From a virus (taxonomy: Duplodnaviria; Caudoviricetes): a DNA stretch of 64,000 nucleotides. Every line of letters starts with the position of its first letter. Within the stretch, counting starts at the first letter, position 1. The translations under genes were made by a program, and so were the position numbers. Under the pieces are notes generated by a model. The model did no database searches. It worked only from the letters and a program-made list of their open reading frames with translations, and had not been told where the DNA came from. Of the stretch, positions 44,801 to 54,307 are shown in pieces. Location: IMG/VR virus record IMGVR_UViG_3300045747_000505. The stretch is one strand, 5' to 3'.

Positions 44801-45037
44801 ATGAAGTCACGCGGTTTCACCCTCATCGAGCTCATCATCGTGCTCGCCGTCATCGGCATCTTTGGCACCATCGCCATCAACGCCGGCCGTGGCCTCATCG
44901 CCGAGCGCGCAGCCAAGGCCGACGTCCACACCTATCAAGCGCCGACCACTCAGCCGCATCCGAGCTGCATGAACGGCCACCTCATGATCGACGAGCAAGC
45001 CGTCACGGACAAGAACGGCGACGCGGTCCACTGCTAA
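44801..45037 (+). CDS. prepilin-type N-terminal cleavage/methylation protein (small pilin-like)
   Basis: MKSRG-FTLIELIIVLAVIGI class III signal; C-terminal Cys pair. Confidence 0.85.
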   Translation: MKSRGFTLIELIIVLAVIGIFGTIAINAGRGLIAERAAKADVHTYQAPTTQPHPSCMNGHLMIDEQAVTDKNGDAVHC

Positions 45038-45109
45038 GCGTTACGCTTGTTACGGTTGCGCAGCGCGTAGGTTGGTGTATAATGGCACCAACAACCTTGG
45101 AACCCCATC

Positions 45110-45472
45110 ATGCCCAAGTACACCTACACGCTGCAAGACCGGACGGTCCCCAACATCGACCTCGCCCTGTGGGTGAAGTTCAAGACGCGTAACACGCTGA
45201 ACGCCAAGATCGTGCTGAGCATCGTGCGCGGTCTGAAGGCAGACACGCCGTGGTGCCCAGGCGTCGGCATCGTCGACGACCCTGAGGACGCCGGCCCGTT
45301 CTGCTCCGTCCTCATCGAGCACGAACCGAACCAGTACGAAGCGCTCTTTCGCCAGTGGGATGAGCACGCCGCACTGCTCGACCGTGCCGTTGCCGGTGAT
45401 GCCGAAGCGGCCATCGAGTACTGCAAGCTCGAGAAGGCTGGCAAGGTCTATCACGGCTGCTTCGCCGGCTGA
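45110..45472 (+). CDS. early hypothetical protein
   Basis: After GTTAC-box promoter. Confidence 0.65.
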   Translation: MPKYTYTLQDRTVPNIDLALWVKFKTRNTLNAKIVLSIVRGLKADTPWCPGVGIVDDPEDAGPFCSVLIEHEPNQYEALFRQWDEHAALLDRAVAGDAEAAIEYCKLEKAGKVYHGCFAG

Positions 45473-45474
45473 AG

Positions 45475-45774
45475 GTGGCAAAAGTGATAACCCTACCCAC
45501 CGACCTCGCCACGCTGAAGTGCATGCTGCACCGCTTCGCCGATGCCAAGCTCCTCGACGCTCCCGCTCCATTGGTTCATCAGGCCGTGCAGGACCTCACC
45601 AGGGCCCTCGAAACCCTGGACCTGAATGATCCTCAACTCTCCGCCTGCGAATGTCTCTGCGGTCTCATGCTGCTGAACGCTCTCGAAGTGGCAATTCACA
45701 ATCAGAACCAAGCTGACTGGGGTCGTTACAACGAGACGTTTGTTACACTTCAAGATGACAGCATGTCGTCCTGA
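45475..45774 (+). CDS. hypothetical protein
   Basis: ORF track; GTG start. Confidence 0.5.
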   Translation: MAKVITLPTDLATLKCMLHRFADAKLLDAPAPLVHQAVQDLTRALETLDLNDPQLSACECLCGLMLLNALEVAIHNQNQADWGRYNETFVTLQDDSMSS

Positions 45775-45791
45775 TGGTGTATAATGGACCC

Positions 45792-46448
45792 ATGGAAAAG
45801 CTCACCAACTTCGACAAGCTCTCGATCTCAGCTCGCTACTGGCTCCTCGGCCTGGCGGAGACCGAGCCAGCCTACTTCAAGGTCATCGAGGCGATGGAGC
45901 TCTGTCTCCGTCATCACGATGGCAAGCGCAACGGTGGTGAACCCGAGGCCATTCATCAGCTCGGCATCTTCCACTCGGTCCGCACGCAGCACAAGCACAT
46001 TCGGCATCCGATCATCGTCTACACGCTGATCTTTCTGCACGACGCGCTCGAGGATCCGAACCAGAAGACGAAGGCGTTCATTTCGCCTGAAGTGATTCGC
46101 GAAGCGTTCGGCGACGTCGTGCTGGCCAAGCTGCTCAAGATGTCCAAGAACGTCCTGGGCCAAGTCAACCCAGCCTACTCGCTGACGACCATCTTCGATG
46201 ACGAAGACTGCTCCATCGCCAAGGGTGGTGATCGCGTCAACAACGTCTCGTCCATGGTCGGTGTCTTCAATCGTGCACGGCTCACGCGCTACGTCAAGGA
46301 AACGTCCGAAGAATTCCTGCCACGGCTCAAGTCTGCTCGTCGCAAGTTCCCGCATCAAGAGGCGGTGTACGAAGCGATGAAGATGGAGCTCGTCCATCAG
46401 CTCACCCTCATTCAACACCTCGTCGAAGGTCTGGAGATTCCCGAATGA
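45792..46448 (+). CDS. RelA/SpoT-type HD domain ((p)ppGpp hydrolase-like, small alarmone hydrolase/Mesh1)
   Basis: HDGKRNGGEP..H; LHDALED; AKGGDRVNN. Confidence 0.8.
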   Translation: MEKLTNFDKLSISARYWLLGLAETEPAYFKVIEAMELCLRHHDGKRNGGEPEAIHQLGIFHSVRTQHKHIRHPIIVYTLIFLHDALEDPNQKTKAFISPEVIREAFGDVVLAKLLKMSKNVLGQVNPAYSLTTIFDDEDCSIAKGGDRVNNVSSMVGVFNRARLTRYVKETSEEFLPRLKSARRKFPHQEAVYEAMKMELVHQLTLIQHLVEGLEIPE

Positions 46449-46729
46449 AGATTTCACTTGTCCTCCATCTCATCTCTTTCGACGGCTGCACCGCCCTCGA
46501 GGTCTACTCGTCGCCGACACCGATCACTGTCGAGACCGACGATGAAGCCGAATCCATGTTCATCGAGTTTCAATCGCACGTCGCCAGCAAGGCGCAGCAC
46601 GCCGCATCCGGACACACGCCCGACGTGCTGGTGGTCTATGGCCGCGAGCAGAAGTTCGACGAGATCATGATCGCCGCCACGACCTGGCGCAACACCATCG
46701 CCCGTGTCTACCTCGAGGTGCACGAATGA
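46445..46729 (+). CDS. hypothetical protein
   Basis: ATGA overlaps. Confidence 0.6.
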   Translation: MKISLVLHLISFDGCTALEVYSSPTPITVETDDEAESMFIEFQSHVASKAQHAASGHTPDVLVVYGREQKFDEIMIAATTWRNTIARVYLEVHE

Positions 46730-46956
46730 CCGCCGCCCAAATTCAGGACGTCTTGGCCACTGCTTTTATTTCCAGCTATCTGGATTCGAGCAACCCAGAC
46801 TACACGGTCCACTTCGACGTTGGCACTCGCGCCTTCTACTTTGATAGCGATTTCGACGGCGTCTGGGACCTTATCGAGATCGGTCACAGCACCAATCTCG
46901 GCTCCGCAACAACCCCCGAAGAAGCCGCTCAGCTCCTTCGCCAGCTTCTGGCCTGA
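46726..46956 (+). CDS. hypothetical protein
   Basis: ATGA overlap. Confidence 0.6.
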   Translation: MTAAQIQDVLATAFISSYLDSSNPDYTVHFDVGTRAFYFDSDFDGVWDLIEIGHSTNLGSATTPEEAAQLLRQLLA

Positions 46957-46958
46957 CC

Positions 46959-47543
46959 ATGACCATTCGCATGATTCTGTCGCTCGACCGAGCGAACGCC
47001 ATCGGGTACAGCGACGGGCGCCTAGCCTATCGCCTGCCCGCCGATCTGAAGCGCTTCAAGACGCTGACGACCAACGGCACCGTGGTCATGGGCATCAACA
47101 CGTTCATCTCGCTGAACCGCATCGACGGTCTGCCCAATCGTCGCAACATCGTGCTGTCGCACCGTCCGTACAGCGAGATTCGCACGCAGGTCGGCCTCGG
47201 CATCGAGATCATCTCGAGCCTCGACTGGATCGTCAAGCACGACGAAGCCGCACACCGCACGGTCGCCAACACTGATCGCGAGCCGGCCTGCCCATGGATC
47301 ATCGGCGGCGCCACCGTCTTCGATGACGCGCTGGCCAAGGGCATCGTCGACGAGATCTATCTGACGCTCGTCCACTCGACGTGCGACGCTGACGTTCGCC
47401 TCACGACAGACCTCGCCGCTTGGAAGCTCTTCATTCTGAGCGAAGCCAAGCTCGGTCGCCTCTGGGATGCGATCGTCGATGAGCCGATCTGGGACGGTGA
47501 GCATCAAACCACCTACATCACTCTGCGCAAGGCAAAATCATGA
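46959..47543 (+). CDS. folA: dihydrofolate reductase
   Basis: AIG..G.L..RLPADLKRFK..T..VVMG..TF.SL..LPNRRNIVLS; WIIGGA..F. Confidence 0.93.
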   Translation: MTIRMILSLDRANAIGYSDGRLAYRLPADLKRFKTLTTNGTVVMGINTFISLNRIDGLPNRRNIVLSHRPYSEIRTQVGLGIEIISSLDWIVKHDEAAHRTVANTDREPACPWIIGGATVFDDALAKGIVDEIYLTLVHSTCDADVRLTTDLAAWKLFILSEAKLGRLWDAIVDEPIWDGEHQTTYITLRKAKS

Positions 47544-47965
47544 TCGACTGGTCCAAGCTCAAGTTCCGTCCGAAGTCTCACAAGGCGCCGAAGATTCAAG
47601 GCTTCGACACCCTCATCGCCTACGGGTCGCTGCTGACCGGCACCCTTCAGATCGGCGCCGGTATCACCGTCGTTGACGCCAACATGAAGGGTGAGCAGAT
47701 CAACGCCGGCCAAGAGCCGATGCCTGAGACGATGCTCGTGCTCGGCACGAAGTCCGTCATCAAAGTCGATCGCATCGACGTGCCGACCCTCGTCGCCAAC
47801 GGCAATCTGAACGTCAACATCATCGATGTCGAAACCCTCTCGCTCGGCCCCAACGCCGACGTCACCGCCCGTGTCATTCGCTATCAGAACCTCGTGATGG
47901 CGGCAGGCTCCGTCCTCAGCGGCGACCTGCGCAACAATCGCCACGCCGCCGCTTCGGCAGCCTGA
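47540..47965 (+). CDS. bactofilin / polymer-forming cytoskeletal protein (CcmA-like)
   Basis: DTLIA.GSLLTG.L..G..V.., beta-helix repeats, L.MAAGSVLSGDL. Confidence 0.75.
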   Translation: MIDWSKLKFRPKSHKAPKIQGFDTLIAYGSLLTGTLQIGAGITVVDANMKGEQINAGQEPMPETMLVLGTKSVIKVDRIDVPTLVANGNLNVNIIDVETLSLGPNADVTARVIRYQNLVMAAGSVLSGDLRNNRHAAASAA

Positions 47966-48052
47966 ACCTAAATCGCCTCGTTAGAGGTCGAGTGACGGCA
48001 TAGAATACAATCACCGTCCCAAGTTCCCTTCATCCACCAGGAGTTCCCACGC

Positions 48053-50011
48053 ATGTCAGCTCTCTCCTCGCTCGCAGCATCCTTCGCCGCCAAGTTCGCG
48101 CAACCCGAGGTGATGAGCCTCGAAGCCTACCTGGCCCTCTGCAAGACCGACACCCTCGCCTACGCCACGATGGCCGAGCGCATGGTCGCCGCCATCGGTC
48201 AACCCGAGGTCGTCGACACCAGCTCGGACCAGCGCCTGTCCCGCATCCACTCGAACAAGAAGGTTCGCATCTACAGCGCCTTCAAGGACTTTCAGGGCAT
48301 TGAAGACGCCGTCGAGCGCATCGCAGCCTACTTCCGCAACAGCGCGGCCGGCCTCGAAGAGTCCAAGCAGATCCTGTACCTGAAGGGTCCGGTCGGCGGT
48401 GGCAAGAGCTCGCTCGTCGAGCGCCTCAAGTTCCTGGCTCAGCAGCATCCGATCTACGTCCTGTTCGACGAGTCCGAGAAGAATCTCGAGCTGCAGCTCT
48501 CGCCGGTGTTCGAATCGCCCCTCGGCCTGTTCAACGCCTTCGAGCACGGCGACTGGCTCGACGCCGAGTTCGGCATTGCGCCGCGCTACCTCAGCACGGT
48601 GATGTCCGGTTGGGCGCAGCAGAAGCTGCAAGAGTTCGGCGGCGACCTGTCCAAGTTCAAGGTCATGAAGCTCTACCCGAACAAGGACCGCCAGATCGGC
48701 GTGATGAAGGTCGAGCCGGGCGACGAGAACAATCAAGACGTCTCAGTGCTCATCGGCAAGACCGACCTGCGCAAGCTCGAGAAGCTCGCTCAGAACCACC
48801 CGTACGCCTACAGCTACAGCGGCGGCCTGAACCGCACCAATCAAGGCCTGATGGACTTCGCCGAAATGTTCAAGGCGAACATCAAGACGCTGAACCCGCT
48901 GCTCATGGCCACTCAAGAGCACAACTACCAGGGCACCGAAGCCATTCCGGCCATGCCCTACACCGGCGTCATCGTTGCACACAGCAACGAAAGCGAATGG
49001 TTCGCCTTCCGCAACAACAAGACCAACGAGGCCTTCCTCGACCGGGTCTACATCGTCGACGTGCCGTACTGCCTGCGCACCGAAGAAGAAGTCAAGATCT
49101 ACGAGAAGATGCTGCGTGGCTCGAGCCTGGCCAAGGCCCCGATCGCTCCCGGCACCCTCAAGATGCTGGCTCAGTGGTCCATTCTGACCCGCCTCAAGGA
49201 GCCGCAGAACTCGACCGTCTACGCCAAGCTGCGCGTGTACAACGGCGACAACGTGAAGGACACCATGCCCAACGCGAAGTCGCTCGAAGAGTACCGTAGC
49301 AAGGCCGGCATCGACGAGGGCATGGCTGGCATGTCGACGCGCTTCGCCTTCAAGGTGCTGTCCGCCGTCTACGACCTGCGTCCCGAAGAGCAGCAAGCCA
49401 ACCCGATCGACCTGATGTACGTCATCGAAGAATCCGTCCGCAAGGAAGGTCTGCCCGAAGAGCAGTTCAACAAGTACATGTCCTTCATCAAGGACTGGCT
49501 GCAGCCGAAGTACTTCGACTTCGTCGAGAAGGAGCTGCGCACGGCCTACCTCGAGTCCTACCGCTCGTTCGGTCAGAACATGTTCGAGCGCTACGTCCTG
49601 TTCGCTGACGCCTGGATCGAGGACAGCCAGTGCCGTGATCCCGAGACGCACGTCATTCTGAACCGTGACGCGCTGAATCAGAAGCTCGAAGAAATCGAGA
49701 AGGCCGCTTCGATCACCAACGCCAAGGACTTCCGCAACGAGATCGTCAACTACGTCCTCAAGTACAAGGCCAAGCACGAAGGCAATGCGCCGGCCTGGGA
49801 TGCCTACGAGAAGATGAAGACCGTCATCGAGAAGCGCATGTTCTCGGCGACCGAGCAGATCATGCCCGTCATCGCCTTCGGTCCGAAGCAGGACAAGGAC
49901 ACGCAGGACAAGCACGAAGGCTTCGTCTCACGCATGGTCGAGCGTGGCTACACCACCGAGCAGGTCAAGATCCTGGTCAGCTGGTTCACCGCCAACCGCA
50001 AGGCCTCCTAG
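48053..50011 (+). CDS. prkA: PrkA/YeaG AAA+ serine kinase family protein
   Basis: LYLKGPVGGGKSS, YSYSGGL..NQGLM.F.EMFKA, AHSNESEW, GMSTRFAFK. Confidence 0.95.
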   Translation: MSALSSLAASFAAKFAQPEVMSLEAYLALCKTDTLAYATMAERMVAAIGQPEVVDTSSDQRLSRIHSNKKVRIYSAFKDFQGIEDAVERIAAYFRNSAAGLEESKQILYLKGPVGGGKSSLVERLKFLAQQHPIYVLFDESEKNLELQLSPVFESPLGLFNAFEHGDWLDAEFGIAPRYLSTVMSGWAQQKLQEFGGDLSKFKVMKLYPNKDRQIGVMKVEPGDENNQDVSVLIGKTDLRKLEKLAQNHPYAYSYSGGLNRTNQGLMDFAEMFKANIKTLNPLLMATQEHNYQGTEAIPAMPYTGVIVAHSNESEWFAFRNNKTNEAFLDRVYIVDVPYCLRTEEEVKIYEKMLRGSSLAKAPIAPGTLKMLAQWSILTRLKEPQNSTVYAKLRVYNGDNVKDTMPNAKSLEEYRSKAGIDEGMAGMSTRFAFKVLSAVYDLRPEEQQANPIDLMYVIEESVRKEGLPEEQFNKYMSFIKDWLQPKYFDFVEKELRTAYLESYRSFGQNMFERYVLFADAWIEDSQCRDPETHVILNRDALNQKLEEIEKAASITNAKDFRNEIVNYVLKYKAKHEGNAPAWDAYEKMKTVIEKRMFSATEQIMPVIAFGPKQDKDTQDKHEGFVSRMVERGYTTEQVKILVSWFTANRKAS

Positions 50012-50060
50012 GAATACTTTTGCTGAAATCGCTAAATAGATCATCCAACAGGAGAAGTCT

Positions 50061-50867
50061 ATGAAGCGAGCTGATCAGCGAAAGTACCACTACATCTACA
50101 AGATTACCCGTATAGACGGGAGTGGCAAATACTACTTCGGGATGCATAGCACCGATGATCTTGATGACGGATACTTCGGGAGCGGCACGCGACTCTGGAA
50201 GTCGATCAGAAAACACGGTAAGGATAAGCACTCCAAGGAGATCTTGGAGTTCCTTCCTTCTCGTGATGCTCTGAAAGCTCGCGAGAAGGAGCTCGTGACC
50301 GAACAGATGCTTGATGACGAGCTATGCATGAACATTGTCCCAGGCGGCCACGGGAACTCTCCAAGAGCGCACTGGAAAACTGAGCCAATGTGGGAGGTCA
50401 TCTCGGCTAAGCTAAAAGATCATTGGGCGGATCCAACCGTTAGAGAAGCGGCTTCTCGGCGCGCTATCGCACAGTGGTCCAACCCTGAAGCCCGTGAGGT
50501 GCAAAGCCAACTCAAACATCAACAGTATGAAAGTCAAGAGCTTCTGGATAAGATCAGTGCTGCGTCAACAGTAGCGTGGGCCTGTCCAGAGCTTCGTGAG
50601 GCCCAACGACAGATGTTGATGATGAAGTGGCAAGACCCCGAGTATCGGGCTAAGAATCTCAAGTCTCAAGCTGAACTCAAGAAAACACCAGCCTTCATCG
50701 AGGCTCAACGAGCGGCGAAGCTCGGTAACAAGAACCCCCACTATGGCACTATGTGGGTTCACAATGACAATCTTCAACGGTCAATGCGGGTTCGCAAGTC
50801 TGAACCCATTCAAGATGGCTGGCAGCCAGGAAGAAGGATGTATAATCAATCATGTTCAAACACATAG
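50061..50867 (+). mobile_element. Seg-like GIY-YIG homing endonuclease inserted in the prkA operon
   Basis: YIYKITR..YYFGMHST..GYFGSG; NPHYGTMWV. Confidence 0.85.
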
Positions 50868-51163
50868 TCAACTTCAACACGTGGTTCGATGGCCTGCCTG
50901 GAGACAAGCGCTTTGGATTGTTCATGGCGGCGATGATCACCGCCATCTTCCCAATGCAGCTTGGCTTCAAGTTTGGCTATCCGATCATCGGCCTGCTTGG
51001 GCTCACGTGGTTCTCAGTCATCACTTTCGTCGGCGCGATTCGAGCCCTCGGTATTCAGCGGCACAAGCTGCTTCATGCCATTGTCTCTATCACCATGATG
51101 TTGATGTTGCTGGCCATTGTGCTGAAGTTTGCCATTGACACGGTCTATGGAAATTCGGTGTAA
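50852..51163 (+). CDS. membrane protein
   Basis: Three hydrophobic segments. Confidence 0.65.
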   Translation: MFKHIVNFNTWFDGLPGDKRFGLFMAAMITAIFPMQLGFKFGYPIIGLLGLTWFSVITFVGAIRALGIQRHKLLHAIVSITMMLMLLAIVLKFAIDTVYGNSV

Positions 51164-51199
51164 ATAGTCAAGCTGAGACAGATTCGCAAGGAGAACCCT

Positions 51200-52552
51200 A
51201 TGTCAGATTCGCCAGCATTGGCCACGTTCATCTTCGTTGACCGCCGGACCACGGGACGAGGTAAGTCCCTTCCAAATCGTGAGAAGCTGCTCCATCGCAT
51301 CAAGGAGAGCATTCGACAATCCCGACCACAAGACATCGACTCGTCTGGCGTCAAGGGTGGCGCCACCGCTCAGAAGCAGCTCGCTGGTCCCGTGAAGGTC
51401 GCGCGTCAAGCGCTGGCCGAGCCGAACTTCTGCTATGACCGCAACAGCGGCGAGCGTGAGATCGTTCTGCCCGGCAATGACCGTTGGCTGAAGGGCGACG
51501 AGTTTCCGATGGGTGGCGATAGCGACGACGCCGGTGGCAACGGTGACGGCTCCGGTCCCGGCGAGGATGGTGAGGACGACTTCATCGTCAACATCAGCCG
51601 CGACGAGTTCCTCAACGTCTACTTCGAAGACTGCGAGCTGCCGGACCTCGAGCAGACCGCGCAGAAGGAGCTGCCAGAGGCAGTTCGCAAGCCAGCCGGC
51701 TTTCAGAAGGAGGGCAACCCAGGCCAGTTCAGCGTCATTCGCTCGTATCGCAACTCGATCGGCCGGCGCCGTGCGCTGACCACCGACGATCGCGAGGAGA
51801 TCGAGGTGCTCGAGGAGGAGTACAAGGGTCTGATGCTCGACCTCGTCGATGGCATCGATGCTCACGAGCGCATGGCCTGGATCGAGGCTCGCATCGAAGA
51901 GCTGCGCACCAAGATGGCCGCCATGCCGCTGTTCGAGCGCGTGGATCACCGCTATCGCAAGACTGAGCGCGTCATGGTCAAGCAGGCGCAAGCCGTGCTG
52001 ATGATGGCCATGGACATCTCAGGCTCGATGGACGAGGAGCGCAAGCGGCTCGCTCGCAAGTTCTTCTCGCTGCAGTATGCCTTCATCGTTCGCAAGTACC
52101 CGAACACCGACCTCATCTTCGTCTATCACACAGACAAGGCTGAGGAGGTGAACGAAGAAGAATTCTTCACGAGCCGCAAGAATGGTGGTACAGTAGCATC
52201 AACGGCTTTCGTGCTTGCCAATCAGATCTTCACCGAGCGCTACGACCCAACTCAAACGAACCTCTACCTGTCCTACGCAACCGACGGCGACAACTGGTCG
52301 AGCGACAACTCAATCGTCATCGACACGCTCGAAGGCAAGGGATTGCTCGCCAAGCTGCGCCACGCCGTGTACATTCAGGTTGGCGCCGAGATGGGTGGTC
52401 AGTGGGGTGGTGGCGGTCAAGCAGCGTTCTGGAACGTGATGACCTCGATCAGCAAGACATCGCCGAAGCTGCACGCCGTCAAGGTTCACACCGACGACGA
52501 AGTGTTTAAAGAGTTCAAAACCGTTTACGCCAAAAAGCCAACGAAGGCCTGA
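51200..52552 (+). CDS. yeaH: YeaH/YhbH (DUF444) vWA protein
   Basis: DRR..G.GKSL.NR; MDISGSM; GGTVAS; DGDNW..D. Confidence 0.93.
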   Translation: MSDSPALATFIFVDRRTTGRGKSLPNREKLLHRIKESIRQSRPQDIDSSGVKGGATAQKQLAGPVKVARQALAEPNFCYDRNSGEREIVLPGNDRWLKGDEFPMGGDSDDAGGNGDGSGPGEDGEDDFIVNISRDEFLNVYFEDCELPDLEQTAQKELPEAVRKPAGFQKEGNPGQFSVIRSYRNSIGRRRALTTDDREEIEVLEEEYKGLMLDLVDGIDAHERMAWIEARIEELRTKMAAMPLFERVDHRYRKTERVMVKQAQAVLMMAMDISGSMDEERKRLARKFFSLQYAFIVRKYPNTDLIFVYHTDKAEEVNEEEFFTSRKNGGTVASTAFVLANQIFTERYDPTQTNLYLSYATDGDNWSSDNSIVIDTLEGKGLLAKLRHAVYIQVGAEMGGQWGGGGQAAFWNVMTSISKTSPKLHAVKVHTDDEVFKEFKTVYAKKPTKA

Positions 52553-52553
52553 C

Positions 52554-54038
52554 ATGACCGAACCACTGTTGATTACCTCTCGCTGTGACTGGACACCCGA
52601 GCTGATCGCTCGCGTGTACAGGGAGATCGAGACCATCGCCTACGAGGAGCTCGACCTCAAGGGCAAGGTCTATCCCAATCAGCTCGAGATCATCACGACC
52701 GAGCAGATGATGGACGCCTACGCCTCCATCGGCCTCCCAGTCCACTACAACCACTGGTCCTTCGGCAAGGACTTCCTCAAGACCGCCAAGGGCTACGAGT
52801 CCGGCCGCACTGGCCTCGCCTACGAGATCGTCATCAACTCCAAGCCTTGCATCAGCTATCTGATGGAGGACAACAACATGATGATGCAGGCGCTCGTGAT
52901 CGCTCACGCCGCCTTCGGTCACAACGCCGTCTTCAAGAACAACGAGACGTTCAAGCAGTGGACCAACGCTGGCAACATCGTCGACTACATGATCTTCGCT
53001 CGTGACTACATCCGTCAGTGCGAGGAGCGCTACGGTCCTGAGGAGGTCGAGCAGCTGCTCGACGCAGCGCACGCACTGGCACCGCACGGCATCGACAAGT
53101 ACAAGCGCAAGCATCGGCCGAAGCTGTCCGACGAAGCTCGTCTGAAGAAGCTGATCGAGCGCGACGAGCAGCGCCAGCGCGAGCTCGACATCATCATGCA
53201 GAAGACGTCGTTCCGCGACCCAGAGCTCGACGACGAGATCGAGCACGACGAGCAGGAAGAGAACTTGCTCTACTACCTGATGAAGAACTCGCCGATTCTG
53301 GAGCAGTGGCAGCGCGAAGTGCTGCGCATCGTGCACAAGATCAATCAGTACTTCTATCCGCAGACGCAGACGCAGGTGCTGAACGAGGGCTACGCATCCT
53401 TCGTGCACTACTACATCATGACGCGCCTCGAAGAGAAGGGCATTCTGTCGGCCGACGCGTTCATCGCCTTCCTTCAAAGCCACAGCGGCGTGATCTATCA
53501 GCCGCCGTACAACTCGCGCCGCTACAGCGGTGGCCTGAACCCGTACTACCTCGGCTTCAACATTCTGATGGACGTCAAGCGCATGATCGAAGCGCCGACG
53601 GACGAGGACCGTGAGTGGTTCCCGCACCTCATGGGCCGCCGCTGGCAAGAGGTCGTGCAAGAGGCCTGCTTCGAGCATCGCGACGACAGCTTCATCATGC
53701 AGTACCTGTCGCCGAACGTCATTCGCAAGCTCGGCCTGTTCAGCGTGAAGATCGATCGCAACGACGACGGTGATCCGCAAGCGTTCGTCTCCGAGATTCA
53801 CGATGACGTCGGCTACAAGCAGCTGCGCATCAATCTGGCTCGCAGTCGTGAGCGCATCAACGGTGTGCCGGTGATCAAGGTCATTGGCGCCGACATGGAG
53901 GGTGATCGCACTCTCAGTCTTGCCTACGTCCCGTACAAGGGTCGTGAGCTGGATCGTGACAGCGCTACGCAGGTCGCCGACTACATCGACTATCTGTGGG
54001 GCTACCCAGTTGAACTCGACGACGGAACGGAGGAGTGA
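52554..54038 (+). CDS. spoVR: SpoVR/YcgB family protein
   Basis: GLPVHYNHWSFGK, LAYEIVIN..PCISYLME, AHAAFGHN..FKNN, NEGYAS. Confidence 0.95.
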   Translation: MTEPLLITSRCDWTPELIARVYREIETIAYEELDLKGKVYPNQLEIITTEQMMDAYASIGLPVHYNHWSFGKDFLKTAKGYESGRTGLAYEIVINSKPCISYLMEDNNMMMQALVIAHAAFGHNAVFKNNETFKQWTNAGNIVDYMIFARDYIRQCEERYGPEEVEQLLDAAHALAPHGIDKYKRKHRPKLSDEARLKKLIERDEQRQRELDIIMQKTSFRDPELDDEIEHDEQEENLLYYLMKNSPILEQWQREVLRIVHKINQYFYPQTQTQVLNEGYASFVHYYIMTRLEEKGILSADAFIAFLQSHSGVIYQPPYNSRRYSGGLNPYYLGFNILMDVKRMIEAPTDEDREWFPHLMGRRWQEVVQEACFEHRDDSFIMQYLSPNVIRKLGLFSVKIDRNDDGDPQAFVSEIHDDVGYKQLRINLARSRERINGVPVIKVIGADMEGDRTLSLAYVPYKGRELDRDSATQVADYIDYLWGYPVELDDGTEE

Positions 54039-54307
54039 TGAACCTAGGTGACTTGCTAAATCTGCCACCGAACACGGTGGAGTGGGAAGCCGAGCGCGCT
54101 CGGCTTATCAACGATGCCATCAACGAAGCTGGTCCAGAGCTTCGTCCAAAGCTCACGGCGCTTCAAGCCAGCCTCGACGTGCTGCGCGAGACGATGCCGC
54201 CCGACCAGTTTCTGCGCTATCTGATGCTCGAGATTCAAGAGAACCTCGAGAACATGTCAGATCAGTTCGTGATGCTCAAGAACACGGTGCTGCAGACCGG
54301 AGCTTAA
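54035..54307 (+). CDS. DUF3135-like protein
   Basis: E.EAER..LI..AI..A..E.R.KL..LQ..LD..R. Confidence 0.7.
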   Translation: MMNLGDLLNLPPNTVEWEAERARLINDAINEAGPELRPKLTALQASLDVLRETMPPDQFLRYLMLEIQENLENMSDQFVMLKNTVLQTGA

